A DNA stretch of 64,000 bases from NCBI GenBank assembly GCA_035540955.1, contig DATLFP010000030.1, forward strand, positions 5,709 through 69,708. The letters are read 5' to 3'. Source of the DNA: Acidimicrobiales bacterium (GTDB lineage: Bacteria; Actinomycetota; Acidimicrobiia; Acidimicrobiales; CADCSY01). Below the pieces are notes generated by a model. That model had not been told where the DNA came from, searched no databases, and worked only from the letters and a program-made list of their open reading frames with translations. The position numbers were made by a program, and so were the translations under genes. Below, one piece after another: positions 8,279 to 20,200 of this stretch. The number at the start of each line of letters is the position of its first letter. Within the stretch, counting starts at the first letter, position 1.

Positions 8279-8419
8279 GTCGGCCTGTGCATCGCTAGGG
8301 GAACAACCCGGGTTCTTCCTGTGGACAACCTGTGGAGCCTGAGCCGCCGCCGGTAGCCGCCGCCGGTAGCCGCACGCTGGAATGTCGCCGAAACGGCCTC
8401 GTGAGGGCTTGCAGGTGGT

Positions 8420-10246
8420 GTGCGAGACCATGACGACCCGATCGCCGTCCTGCTGTTCGGCGTCCTGTGCTTCGTCGCCGCCGTGGCCGGCGTCGTCTGG
8501 GCCGGGGCGGCGTTGGCGACGGTTGTCTCGGGTGGTGGGGGACTCGACGCCGGGGTCGCTGACGCCGCACTAGCGGGGGTCTCGCTTCCAGGCCACCTGA
8601 GCGACCCGGCCGAGGCGTGGCCAGTCCCGGCGTCGGCCCGGATCCCGGGACCGTGGCTCTACTGGCCGTCGACGGCGGTCGCGTTCGTTGCCGCTGGAGG
8701 CGCGACAGCGGCGGTACTGCGGTGGCGGGCAGGTGCGAAGGGCATCGGGCCGATCCGTCTGCAGCGCTTGGGCGTCAAGGGCGCCGCTCGGTTCGCGACG
8801 GCTCGCGACCTGGCGCCGCTGGTCGTCAACGGCCCACAGCCCGGCCGGTTCATCCTCGGCCGCGTCAACGGCAAGCTCGTCGCCACCGAGGACCGTCGCG
8901 CCTCGCCCGCCACCGGCAGGCGGGCACGCCAGCGTCAGGGTGATCGCGGCGCGGTTGCGCTGATCGGGCCGTCTCGGTCGGGCAAGACGACGGCGGCGAT
9001 CGCGGGGATCCTGGAGTGGGACGGCCCCGCAGTCCTCGCATCGGTGAAGACCGACCTGCTCGCGGCGACGGTCAACTGGCGCACGAAGCAGGGCGAGGTG
9101 CGGGTGTTCGACCCGACCGGCTGTACCGGACAGCAGCCGGCGTCGTGGTCGCCGTTGCGCGACGCAACGACGGTGCAGGGCGCACAGCGAGCCGCGCGCA
9201 TCCTCGCGGACACCGCGCCAGGCGACCTCGAGGACGACGCGTTCTGGACGTCGCAGTGCGAGATCCTGCTCTTCGCGCTGCTGTTCACCGCGGCGAACAC
9301 GCCCGGTAGGTCGATGCGCCACGTCGTCGACTGGGTGCTGACCCAGGACAAGCCCGGCGAGCTCGGCCGCGGCGACCTGGAGCCACTGCTCCAGGCGCTC
9401 ATTGCATCGGACGAGCCCGAACTGGTCGCGGGCGCCGAGGAGGCGGGGAAGGCGCTGCTCGCCATCTGGCAGATGGACGAGCGCACGCGCTCCTCCGTGT
9501 ACGCGACGGCGCAGAGCGTCGTGTGGCCGTGGGCCGATCCCGGTGTCGCCGCGTCGGCCGACGACAGCGACGTCGATCTCGATTGGCTGTGCTCGGGCCC
9601 CAACACGCTCTACATCTGCGCGCCGATCGACGACCAGAAGCGGCTGCAGCCGGTGTTTGGCGGCCTCCTCGGTGACCTGATCCGGCAGGCGTTCGCCCAC
9701 GCCAACGGCACCGGCAAGCCGCTCGATCCTCCGTTGCTGGTCGTGATCGACGAGGCGGGAAACACGCCGTTGCGGTCGCTGCCCGAGTACGCGTCCACCG
9801 TCGCCGGCATCGGGATCCTGCTGGTCACCATCTGGCAGTCGAAGGCCCAGCTCGATGTCGCCTACCAGCGGGCCGCAGACACCATCCTCACCAACCACCT
9901 GACGAAGGTCTTCTACACCTCGGCATCGGACCTGTCCGGCCTCGAGCTCGCCGCTCGGCTCGTCGGCGATGCCTACCTGCCGATGCGCGCCACGAACAAC
10001 GACCTGCGCGGACCGGGCGGCTCGCTGTCGGAGTCGTCGCAGGCCATCCCGCTGGCGCCGGCGGAGGTGATGCGGCAGATGGTGCCGGGCGACGCGCTCC
10101 TCATACACGGCACGCTGCCCCCGGCGCAGCTCCGCACCCGGCCGTATCACCGCGAGCGTGACTTGGCTCGACGCGTCGGCGACGTCGACCTCGCCGCTCC
10201 TCCGTCGTCGCAGCAGAAGCAGAGCCCTGTGGGCGCGGAGGCATGA
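8420..10246 (+). CDS. type IV secretion coupling protein (VirD4/TraD/TraG family ATPase)
   Basis: 608 aa. It has N-terminal TM segments, Walker A IGPSRSGKTT, Walker B LLVVIDEAGN and the family pattern ...WTSQCEILLFALLF.... Confidence 0.9.
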   Translation: MRDHDDPIAVLLFGVLCFVAAVAGVVWAGAALATVVSGGGGLDAGVADAALAGVSLPGHLSDPAEAWPVPASARIPGPWLYWPSTAVAFVAAGGATAAVLRWRAGAKGIGPIRLQRLGVKGAARFATARDLAPLVVNGPQPGRFILGRVNGKLVATEDRRASPATGRRARQRQGDRGAVALIGPSRSGKTTAAIAGILEWDGPAVLASVKTDLLAATVNWRTKQGEVRVFDPTGCTGQQPASWSPLRDATTVQGAQRAARILADTAPGDLEDDAFWTSQCEILLFALLFTAANTPGRSMRHVVDWVLTQDKPGELGRGDLEPLLQALIASDEPELVAGAEEAGKALLAIWQMDERTRSSVYATAQSVVWPWADPGVAASADDSDVDLDWLCSGPNTLYICAPIDDQKRLQPVFGGLLGDLIRQAFAHANGTGKPLDPPLLVVIDEAGNTPLRSLPEYASTVAGIGILLVTIWQSKAQLDVAYQRAADTILTNHLTKVFYTSASDLSGLELAARLVGDAYLPMRATNNDLRGPGGSLSESSQAIPLAPAEVMRQMVPGDALLIHGTLPPAQLRTRPYHRERDLARRVGDVDLAAPPSSQQKQSPVGAEA

Positions 10247-10247
10247 C

Positions 10248-10577
10248 GTGCTCGCGGCGCGCACGACGCAAGACGGCGTGCACCTGCGGCGCGCCGACTC
10301 CGCCGAGCCCGTCCCTGCCGGCTGGCGGACACACCCGGCCGGGACGCTCGACGGCGTCCGACTCGACTTCCTCTACCGGCCCGACCGTCACGACATCTGC
10401 CGTGCCATCGGCGCACCGAGCCTCCATCTCGCGGCCGGCCTGCGGCAGGCCGGCTACCAGCGGTCGGCGTGCCTCGACGGCGGGATCGAGCTGTGGGTGC
10501 GGGACCGCCCGGCGTCGGTCCGAGCGCGGCTCGCAGGGTTCACCGTGCTCGACGGCGGGCGGGTGAGGCAGCGGTGA
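10248..10577 (+). CDS. hypothetical protein (conjugative-element core region)
   Basis: In-frame GTG at 10248, directly after the T4CP stop. Third positions are G/C-rich. The stop overlaps the next start (GGTGA). Confidence 0.55.
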   Translation: MLAARTTQDGVHLRRADSAEPVPAGWRTHPAGTLDGVRLDFLYRPDRHDICRAIGAPSLHLAAGLRQAGYQRSACLDGGIELWVRDRPASVRARLAGFTVLDGGRVRQR

Positions 10578-11050
10578 CACCCGAGGAAGCCGTGGTCGTC
10601 GCTTGCGAACGATGCGTCACCGCCGCATCGCTGCTCGCCGCCACGCAGCTCCCGGTCGATGCCGACGACCGCGCCGTCGGTCGCACGCTGGCAGCGGGGG
10701 TGGTGTGCGGTTGGGCAGACGAGACATCGGTGGGCTCGGCCGACGCCACAGGGATCAACGTGCGCGAGCGCGGCGAGACGGCGGCCGTTCGCGTGCGCTG
10801 GACCGAGGTCGCGGCCTCGATCCGCCCCGGGCTGCGCGAGCCCGGCGTCGCCGAACGGCTGGCCGAGGCGTACGGGCGGTACGCGGCCGCGGCAACGGCG
10901 ACCTCGGTCGCGGCGCGCCTCGAGGCGAAGGCGGCGTCGGCGGAGCTGGCCCAGCTCCGGCGTCACGTGCTCGCTCGCGGCCGCGAAGGCGTGCCGTTCC
11001 AGCAGTCGCTGTTCCCGCCAACACCGACACGCGGAAGGAGCCTCGCGTGA
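10574..11050 (+). CDS. hypothetical protein
   Basis: GTG at 10574 within ORF 10469..11050. It is translationally coupled on both sides, and the coding-like composition starts at VTPEEAVVVACERC. Confidence 0.55.
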   Translation: MTPEEAVVVACERCVTAASLLAATQLPVDADDRAVGRTLAAGVVCGWADETSVGSADATGINVRERGETAAVRVRWTEVAASIRPGLREPGVAERLAEAYGRYAAAATATSVAARLEAKAASAELAQLRRHVLARGREGVPFQQSLFPPTPTRGRSLA

Positions 11051-11889
11051 CGCAGGACGACGCAGCGCCGGTCGGTCGCTACGTCGGCCGCGGGGACGCC
11101 GGGGACCGCAACGTGCTCTGGTGGGTGCCACCCGGCGGTGCGCCCCGGGAGCAGCTGCCGAGCGTGCGTCGACGCAGCATCGACGGTCCCAACTGGGGCT
11201 ACGAGGGCAACGGCCCGACCGATGCTGCCGAGGCGATCCTCCTGCACGCGACCGGCGACCCGGTAGCCGCCGAGCGTCACGCCCGGACGTTCGCCGCCGA
11301 CGTGCTCGCCCACCAGGCGATCGACCGCTATCTCGATCTCTCGGCAACGACGGTCGAGGGGTGGGTTCTCGAGCGGGGCATCACGCTCGCGCCGGGGTGG
11401 AGCGCGCACGGGCCGCAACCCGTCGTCCGGCACTGGCGAGAGGTCGACGGGACCGAGCGGTATGCCGTCGCCCTCGACGGCTGGGATCTGCTGCGCATCG
11501 ACCTCCCCGACGAGTCACCGGCGGCGGTCGTCGGGGTCGCCGACCTGAAGTCGCGCCGCGAGTTGCGCTGGTCGAAGTCCATCGTCGTGGCGGAGCCCGG
11601 TGACGGACACGAGCCCGGTGCCGTCGGTGCACGGGTCACTTCCGAGCGGCTGCCGTTCGGCGGCTGGGCGATCCAGGTCGACGGCTTCGACGCCGCCATC
11701 GTCGAGCGCGACAGCGCGGCGGGGACCGACGCACGCGTCGCGATCTACGACCGCACCCCGGACTCGGGCTTCCTCGTGTTCGACGACGTGGTCCGCTACC
11801 GCCAGCTCGCCACCGAGCCGGTCGCCATCGGCGAGCTGCTCCGCCGGTTCAGCGGCACCGCCGGCCGGGATCGAGTCCTCGGCCGGTGA
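11047..11889 (+). CDS. hypothetical protein with WGYxGxGP-type motif (mobile-element associated family)
   Basis: GTG at 11047 within ORF 10603..11889 (GTGA overlap). The motif GPNWGYEGNGPTDAAEAILLHATGD resembles a domain of unknown function seen in actinobacterial mobile elements (from memory, unverified). Confidence 0.6.
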   Translation: MTQDDAAPVGRYVGRGDAGDRNVLWWVPPGGAPREQLPSVRRRSIDGPNWGYEGNGPTDAAEAILLHATGDPVAAERHARTFAADVLAHQAIDRYLDLSATTVEGWVLERGITLAPGWSAHGPQPVVRHWREVDGTERYAVALDGWDLLRIDLPDESPAAVVGVADLKSRRELRWSKSIVVAEPGDGHEPGAVGARVTSERLPFGGWAIQVDGFDAAIVERDSAAGTDARVAIYDRTPDSGFLVFDDVVRYRQLATEPVAIGELLRRFSGTAGRDRVLGR

Positions 11890-11953
11890 CGGCAGGCGAG
11901 GTAGCGTGTGTCTCGGGATCGGAGCGCGCCCCGACAGCAGCAGCTGTCCTTCG

Positions 11954-12307
11954 ATGCGCTCCTCGCCGAGGACCAACTCGCCGAGGAGGCACCCCGTGAA
12001 CGACTTCACGACGCTCGCTCACCACTGGCTGGAGAGCCACCCGAACCCGTCGGCGGTCACGGACGATCCGGACCGCTGGGCCGAACAGACGGGGCTCAGG
12101 ATCCGGCACCGGATCCGGGAGCTGGCCGACCAGCTCGCGCCACGGATGCCGGGGGAGGAGTACCTGGACCGGCTGCGCCGGCTCAACTCGGCCTGGCAGA
12201 CGGCGACGGAAGTGGCGATCGACGAGCACCTGCCGATCTACGACCCGACGCCGGACGAGGACGAGGACTGGGTGCCGCTGATCCCGGACATCTCCGACCT
12301 CCTGTAG
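11954..12307 (+). CDS. hypothetical protein (start ambiguous: 11906, 11954 or 11996)
   Basis: This frame is strongly coding by third-position G/C (..VNDFTTLAHHWLESHPNPSAVTDDPDRWAEQTGLRIRHRIRELADQL..IPDISDLL*). It may be the detached N-terminus of the next gene (see findings). Confidence 0.5.
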   Translation: MRSSPRTNSPRRHPVNDFTTLAHHWLESHPNPSAVTDDPDRWAEQTGLRIRHRIRELADQLAPRMPGEEYLDRLRRLNSAWQTATEVAIDEHLPIYDPTPDEDEDWVPLIPDISDLL

Positions 12308-15300
12308 CGCGGGGGTTCCGCGCGGCCGACCAGTCGGCGTTCGCGCCGGCTGGCGTAGCGGCGAAGACGACCGCCAACCTCGATGCCCTTCGCCTCCTTC
12401 GCACGCTCGAACGCGAAGGGCGGCGCGCCACCAACGACGAGCAGCGCGTCCTGGCCCGGTGGGCGGGTTGGGGCGCGCTCGCACACGCCTTCGACGAGCA
12501 CGATCCAGCCGGACGGCGACTGCACGCTGAGCTCATCGGCCTGCTGACGGACACCGAACTCGCTTCTGCTCGCCGCTCGACGCTCAACGCCCACTACACC
12601 GACGCCGGCATCACCACCGCCATGTGGCGGTTCGCCATCGGACTCGGCTTCGACGGAGGTCGGGTGCTGGAACCCGGCTGCGGCACGGGCGTGTTCCTCG
12701 CCACGCGCCCGGACAACCTCGTGATCGACGCGACCGGCGTCGAGGTCGAACCGGTCACCGCGCGGATCGCCGCCCTCCTGCACCCGGACGCCGACATCCG
12801 CAGCGAGGGTTTCGAGGCGACGCGGCTTGCCGACCTCGTCGACCTCGTGATCGGCAACGTGCCCTTCGCCAAGGTCGCCCTGCACGACCCGGTTCACAAC
12901 CGAGGGCGCCACTCGATCCACAACCACTTCCTCGTCAAGGCACTGGCGCTCACGCGCCCGGGTGGCCTGCTGGTGGCGATCACGTCGCGCTACACCCTCG
13001 ACAGCCGCAACCCCGCGGCCCGGCGCGAGCTCGCCGCGCTCGGGGACTTCGTCGGGGCCGCCCGCCTCCCGTCGGCAGCCCATCGCGCCGCCGCCGGCAC
13101 CGACGTCGTCACCGACATCGTCGTCTACCGACGGCGCTCGGACGGTGACGTGCCGAGCCACGCCGGCCCGTGGCAGGCCAGCGTCCCCCTCGACATCGAC
13201 GGCGGCGTGCGGCCCGTCAACGAGTGGTTCGCCAGCGAAGCCGCCCTCGTCGTCGGTCGACTCGTCGCGGGCAACGGCGTGTACGGGCGTGAGGACCTCA
13301 GCGTCCAGCTCGACGCACCGCTCGAACCGGCGCTCGACGCCGCGCTCGATCGCGTCGCGTCGCTTGCACGCCAGCGCGACCTCGCCTACCGGGCGCGCCC
13401 GTCGGTTGCGAGCCTGCCGAGCGCGGCCGTCGCTCCACGCGGCGGCGTGCCAGCCGGCGCGAAGGAAGGGTCGATCCATCGTGCCGGAAGCAGCTTCGTG
13501 CGAGTGGTCGGAGGCGTGCCTCAACCGTTCGAACCCTCACCTCGCAAGGACGCTTCGGAGCTGGTGGCGCTGTGCGACCTGCGCGACACGACCATCGGGC
13601 TGCTCGACGTACAGGCACTGCACGTCGACGACGCCCGATGCCTGGCGCTGCAAGCGGAGCTCAACGATCGCTATGACCGCTACGTCGAGAGGTTCGGGCC
13701 GCTCAACCGGTTCCGGCTGGCGCGCACCGGTCGGACCGACCCCGTCTCCGGCGCCGATCTGTACCGCCGGATGAACCCGGCCATGGGCGGGTTCGACGAT
13801 GACCCCGACTTCCGCACGCTCCTCGCCCTCGAGGACTTCGACCCCGACTCACAGACCGCGACCAAGGCGGCGATCTTCAGCCGCCGGCTGCTCGCTCCGG
13901 CGGCAGCGAGGTACGGCGCCGACACGGCGGACGACGCTCTCGCCGTCAGCCTCGATGAGACCGGACGGGTCGACCTCGACCGCATCGCCGAGCTGCTTGA
14001 CCGCAACGCCGATGAGGCGTTGGGCCAGCTCGCCGACCGCGTCTACCGAGACCCGGCCACTGGCGAGCTCGTGCCCGCCGAGCAGTACCTGTCCGGCGAC
14101 GTCCGCGTCCGGCTCGACGCCGCCCGAGCGGCCGCCGAGTCCGATACCGCTTTCGCGGCGAACGTCGCCGCGCTCGAGCGCGTGCTCCCGGCCGATCTCA
14201 CCCCGGCAGAGATCGACGCTCGGCTCGGCGCGCCGTGGATCCCCGCCGCCGATGTCGAAGCGTTCTGCACCGACCTGCTCGGCGCCGACGGCATCGAGGT
14301 CGAGCACGCGCCGCTGACGGCGACATGGGCCATCGCCGCGACGACCTGGTCCCGCCGCACTGTCGCGGCCACGAGCGAGTGGGGCACGGCCCGGGCCGAT
14401 GCCGTCGCGCTGATCGAGGCCTCGCTCAACCAGCGCCCAGCCACGGTGTACGACACGCTCGAAGACGGCACCCGAGTCGTGAACCCGGCGGAGACGATCG
14501 CGGCGCGCGAAAAGCAGGAGGCGATCGATGCCCGCTTCGCCGAATGGCTGTGGTCCGACCCGGACCGGGCCGACCGGCTCGCTCGTGTCTACAACCGAAC
14601 CTTCAACGCCACCGTCCTCGCCCGCTACGACGGCTCGCACCTCACGCTGCCGGGCCTGTCCGCCGCCTTCACCCCGCACCCCCACCAGCGCGACGCCGTG
14701 TGGCGGATCGTGTCGACCGGCGACACGCTGCTCGCGCACGCCGTCGGCGCCGGCAAGACGGCGACCATGGTCATGGCGGCGATGGAGCAGCGCCGCCTCG
14801 GTCTCGTCGAGAAGCCTGCGTTCATCGTGCCCAACCACATGCTTGACCAGTTCGCCCGCGAGCTGCTTCAGCTTTACCCGAGCGCGCGCGTGCTCGTCGC
14901 CACCCGCGAGGACGCGTCGCCCGCGGGCCGCAAGCAGTTCGTCGCCCGGTGCGCAACCGGCGCCTGGGACGCGGTCGTGCTCACTCACTCGAGCTTCGAG
15001 CGGATCCCGCTCGCCGCCGCCACCCGAGCCGAGTTCACAGCTGAACGGATGGAGGAGTTCCGTGCCGCGATCGCCGAATCGGCGTCCGGTAAGGGACTGA
15101 CCGTCAAGCGGCTCGAAGCGACGCTCGCCCGCCTCGAGGCGCGCCACCAAGAGCTCGCCGCCGCCCACAAGAAGGACGACGGCGCCACCTTCGAGCAGAC
15201 GGGCATCGACTTCGTGTTCTGCGACGAGGCCCACGCGTTCAAGAACAAAGCGTTCCCGACCCGCATCCAAGGCGTCGGCGGCACCGGCTCGAAGCGGTCC

Positions 15301-17160
15301 GAGGACCTCGACACGAAGCTGTGGTGGCTGCGCCACCGGCACGGCTCCCGCGCCGCGTGCTTCGCCACCGCGACCCCAATCGCGAACTCGATTGCCGAGC
15401 TGTACGTCGCCCAGACCTACCTCCAGCCGGCAGCGCTCGCCGCCGCCGGCATCGGCGGGTTCGACGCGTGGGCGGCAACGTTCGCGGCGACGGTCGCCTC
15501 GCTCGAGCTCTCGCCCGACGGTGGCTCCTACCGGCTGACCCACCGCCTCGCCCGCTACCGCAACGTCCCCGAGCTCGTTACCCTCGCCCGGCAGGTCGCC
15601 GATGTCCGCACAAGCGACCAGCTCGACCTACCCGTGCCTCACCTGCGCGGCGGACGAGCGGAAACCGTCGTCGCGGCACCATCGGACGAGCTGCGGGACT
15701 ACGTCGCCTCCCTCGTCGATCGCGCCCAGGCGGTTCGCGACCGGCGCGTTCCACCGGAGGAGGACAACATGCTCAAGGTCACGGGCGACGGCCGCAAGGC
15801 CGCGCTCGACCTCCGGCTGGTGGGCCGCCGCCCCGACCCGACCGGCGGCAAGATCGCCGCCGCGGCCGACCGGATCGCCGCGATCCACCTCGCCAACGCG
15901 GACCGTGCGTACGTCGATCCTTCCGGCGACCCATCACCGCGCCCGGGGGCGATGCAGTTCGTGTTCTGCGACCTCGGCACACCGAGCAGCGATCGCTGGA
16001 ACGTCTACGACCATCTGAAGGCGCTGCTCGTCGAGCGTGGTGTACCGGGCGAGCGCATCCGCTTCGTGCATGACGCCACCAACGACCGTGCGAAGGCCGA
16101 CCTGTTCGCCGGCTGCCGCGACGGCCGCGTGAGCGTGCTCGTCGGCTCCACCGAGAAGATGGGCGTCGGGACGAACGCGCAAGATCGTGCCGTCGCCCTC
16201 CATCATCTGGACTGCCCATGGCGACCCGCCGACATCGAACAGCGCGAGGGGCGCATCCGCCGCCAGGGCAACCAGAACCCCGAGGTCGAGATCATCCGCT
16301 ACGTCACAGAGGGCAGTTTCGACATCTTCATGTGGCAGACCGTCGAGCGGAAGGCGGCGTTCATTGCCCAGGTCATGCACGGCGGCACTTTCGCCCGCGA
16401 GATCGACGATGTCGGCGACCAGGCGCTCTCCTACGCCGAAGTGAAGGCGCTAGCGACGGGCAACCCGCACATCGTCGAGAAGGCGGGCGTTGACGCCGAG
16501 GTCGCAAAGCTCACGCGTCTCCGCACGGCGCACCAGCGAGACCAATCGGCGCTCGCGCTGACCCACGCGTCGGCCAGCGCTCGCGCCCAGCGCCTCGAAC
16601 GCGAAGCAGAGTTGTGCGCGGCCGCCATGGACCGGCGCGTCGACACCCGCGCCGACCACTTCCACGCAACCATCGCGGGTACCCGACACTCCTCTCGTGC
16701 CGATGCCGGCGCCCACTTGCGGCAGCTCCTCTCGACCGAGCGCGAGGTCGTCGGGTCGTTCGCCGGCTTTGAGCTGCGCGCTCGAGCGGACCGTCATTCC
16801 GGACTCGTCACCCTCGCTCTCGAGCCCAGTCCGATCACGGTCGAGCTTGACCTGCCCGAGCTCGCCGAGGCCGACCCGGGCCGCCTGATGCAGCGGCTGG
16901 AGCATCGACTCGGGCGCTTGGAGCGCGACCTCGAGGACGCTCGCACCGGTGCGGACATCGCCCGCGCCGAAGGCGAACGAGCCGCCGCGCGGCTCGACCA
17001 GCCGTTCGAGCACGCTGGGCGCCTCACCAAGCTCACGGAGCGGCAAGCCGAGCTCGAACTGCTCCTCACGCCCGAACCAGAGCCACCCGTGGTCGAGCCG
17101 CCCTCAGTCGCCAGCCGGCTCGCCGCTGTCAGCGCCGAACCCGCCGTGAGAACGCGGTGA
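12306..17160 (+). CDS. N6-adenine DNA methyltransferase fused to SNF2/DEAD-like helicase (conjugative-element type); true start unresolved
   Basis: It lies in ORF 11908..17160. Coding composition and family-like sequence begin only at about 12306 (ARGFRAADQSAFAPAGVAAKTTANLDALRLL). MTase motifs are VLEPGCGTGVF and IGNVPFAK. Helicase motifs are LLAHAVGAGKTATMV, FCDEAHAFKN and DIEQREGRIRRQGN. There is no ATG/GTG/TTG in frame between 11908 and 12621. Confidence 0.85.
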
Positions 17161-17235
17161 CGGCGGTCTGGCGCCGCCACCTCCGTCGACCCACCGGTGA
17201 CTTCTGGGACGCGGCCAACGGCACGTGAGGACTCC

Positions 17236-20200
17236 CTACCGGGCGCGGACTCGATTCCGTTGTGGGGGCGTGCCGGTCTCTGCTGCACGGTGGGCGAGCA
17301 CATCCCATTGCCGGCGTCCGAGAGGCTCGTCGGGCCGGGGACCGAGGAGAGAACGCAACCCCCGCTGGGGGCCGTCGTCGACGAGGTCGCGGCTGTACCG
17401 CGACCGGAACTCGGCGATCTCGACATACAGGCGGGCCAGCGTCGAGGTCGGGATGCCGGCAGCGAAGCCCCCGGCCGCGCCGAGCTCGCGGAGGTGCTGT
17501 CGCAGCCAAGGGGGTGGCGCACACAGGAGGGACCGGTGCTCCGGTGCGAGCGCGTTGTCACCGCGGGCGTGGTCCCGGAGCAGTCGAGTGGCGACGCCGG
17601 CCCACACGTCACCGACGAGCCAGAGGGCTTCGGCCCGTTCGGCCGCCTGGGTCTCGCACCCGGGCGAGCCAAGAATTCGGCCGCTGGGGGAGCCACCCGG
17701 GATGGGCGCGGGCTCCCAGCGCGCCCGGTAGGCGCCGACCGCGCCGACGGCAGTGTCCCAGCGCGCTGCGAGCCACGGCACCTCGGGGCGGGCCGGCAGC
17801 AGAGCGTGGACCCACGGTGGAGGCTCGGCAACCGCGGCGCGAGCCGCCGCGTTCGCGGCGATCTGCTCGGCCCGCGTGGCGATGGCGAGATCGTCCTTGT
17901 CTCCTCTATCCATGGCCTCGCGCGCGGCGCGCAGGTGTGCGGGTGTGTGGCCGGCTCGGGCGTCGGCGACCGCGAGGGCGCGGAAGTCGACCTCGAGGGC
18001 GCTGCGGTCCTCGTCGGGGCGGCCGACGGCGGCGAGCACCTCGGCGACGACGTCGTCCTCGGGCGGGCGGGGCAGGTGTCCCTCGCCGCTCAGGTTGTCG
18101 GACGGCGCAGCGATGAACAGGTGGTTGTCGTGCCGACCCCGCGTGAGGTTGACGTACAGCTCGCGCCGTCGCGCGCCGGCGGTCACGGCGCTGGTCGAGG
18201 CCGGCAGCGTCGCGCCTTGCACGGCGTAGCTCGTGAGGGCGTACCCGTAGTCGAGGCCCACCCCTGCGCGACCCCGCCGGTCGGCGTGCTCCTCGACGAA
18301 CTGCCGGGGGACGTCGATGCGCCCGAGGACGTCGAAGTCGACGGTCAGCGAGTCGTCACCGGCGTTCACGACACGTCCTCGTGACCCGTTGCGCACGTAG
18401 GAGCGCGGCGCGCCCGGCGGATGCAGGTCGCGGGCCGGTCGCCGGGCGACGACTTCGTCGCCGACGCAGAACTCCCGCCCGTCGTTCGCGCAGAGACCGG
18501 TGGCGCCGACATCACCTTCGGCTTGCAGCACTCGGTGGGCGACGGCGTTGAGGATGCGCCGGGTCCGGTTGCGACGGTCGATCATCGGGTGTCCTTCACC
18601 GGCGCGGCGCGCCCCGAGCCAGCGGGTGACCATCGCCGCATACAGACCGTCGGCGTCGCGGACCTCGGTCAGCTGTCCCGCCGAGCGCAGCGCAGCGACC
18701 GCCTCGGCGACGCGGCCGGCGCGCACCGCGTCGACCACGTAACGATCGACCGCGGTGGTCTGGCGGCGGTTCTCCTTCAGTACGGGAACCGCCGCCGGCC
18801 TGCGGCGGCACAGCGCCGCGAACATGCCGCCGGCGGCGACGGCGCCGTGCTGTGCAGGGTCACCGACGAGCCGGACCGCCGAGCCTGCCGTGCTCACCTG
18901 CGCCAGCAGACCGGCGAGATCGCGCGTGCCGAGGGTTGACGCCTCGTCGACGAGCACGACGGTGCGGTCGTCGAGGTGCTCGTGGCCGGTTGCGAGCGCG
19001 GTGAGCCACCACGCCATCGTCTCGGCATGGACGCCGGTGGCCTCGCCGAGCAGGCGCGCCGCCTCGCCCTTCACCGCGGCGCCCACGACGCGATTCCCGC
19101 GCGCCTGCCACGCCCGCGCCGCGACAGCGAGGCTGTGGGTCTTGCCGCTGCCGGGGCGTCCGACCGCGCACTGCACACCCATCCCGGATGTGCAGAGGTC
19201 TCGGACGAAGACCTGTTGCTCCTCGGAGAGGGCCTCCCATCCCGGTGCCGCTTCCAACGCCAGTGCTGGTACCACGGCCGCGCCCGCGTCGAGGGCGGCG
19301 TCGAACGCGCGGCGTACGCGGTCCTCGAGCCGAGCGTGGCTCACGGTGGTGAAGGTCGGCTCGCCCCCCGTGGCGTCGACGCGAACACCGTCGCCGCGGG
19401 TGATGGAGTCCCGGGCTCGCCGGCCTCGGCCGTCGAGCTCGATCACGCGCTCCGATGCGAGGAACCGGTCGGCCAAGCGCACGACCTCGTCTGGTGGGAG
19501 CACGACGAGCTCGTTGTCGACCGTCCACCGGCAGATCGCCTCGATCACCTCGCCGCGAGCGAACGTGGGTGACTCGGCGACAACCGCTTCGTCGAGCCAC
19601 GCGGCGAGCGCCCCCTCCATCTCATCGGACAGCCGCACGCGCACACGAGGAGCGCGACGATCGAAGCACGAGGCGAGCGCGCGCCTGCCGAAGCCTGTGG
19701 CGCGAGCGCGCTGCATCCAGCCAGCTCGTAGCTCCTCGACGGGCGTTCGGGCCTTGGCGGCGCGGGTGGCGAGCACGACGCGGTCGGTGTCGGCTGGGCC
19801 GAGGGGTCGGCCGAGGGCCTCGGACAGCTCGGCCAGCGCGGCGTCCACCTCGTCGCGGCGGGTCGAGAACTCGCGGATCGTCGCGTCGGGCACACCGTCG
19901 GCTTCCCACACGCCGCGCGCCGAGCGGCGCCACCGCACGCCGAGCTCATCGGAGAGGCGCCAGCGGATTGCCGCGGTTGCCAGCGCGGCGGCCGCGGGCG
20001 CGTGGCGGTACAGGGCGCGGCCGTCGAGGGCGCGCCGTTCGCCGAACTCGTCCGCCACCGCGTTGGCCACGACGTTGTGCCGGTGTGGGAAGGGATCGAG
20101 CGCCCTCGACGTGGCGTGGAGGAACGACGCGACGACGAGTCCTTCGGTCCCGACGCGCTGGCCCAGTCGGCGACCGACCGCGGCGTGGTCCTCGAGGAAC

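Noticed and set aside
8570-10264. 564-aa minus-strand ORF
   Set aside because: It is antisense to the coupling-protein gene, which has clear Walker motifs. The translation is Arg/Pro-rich junk.
12238-15543. Long minus-strand ORFs 12238..13524 and 13849..15543
   Set aside because: They are antisense shadows of the methylase-helicase gene in high-GC DNA. No recognisable motifs.
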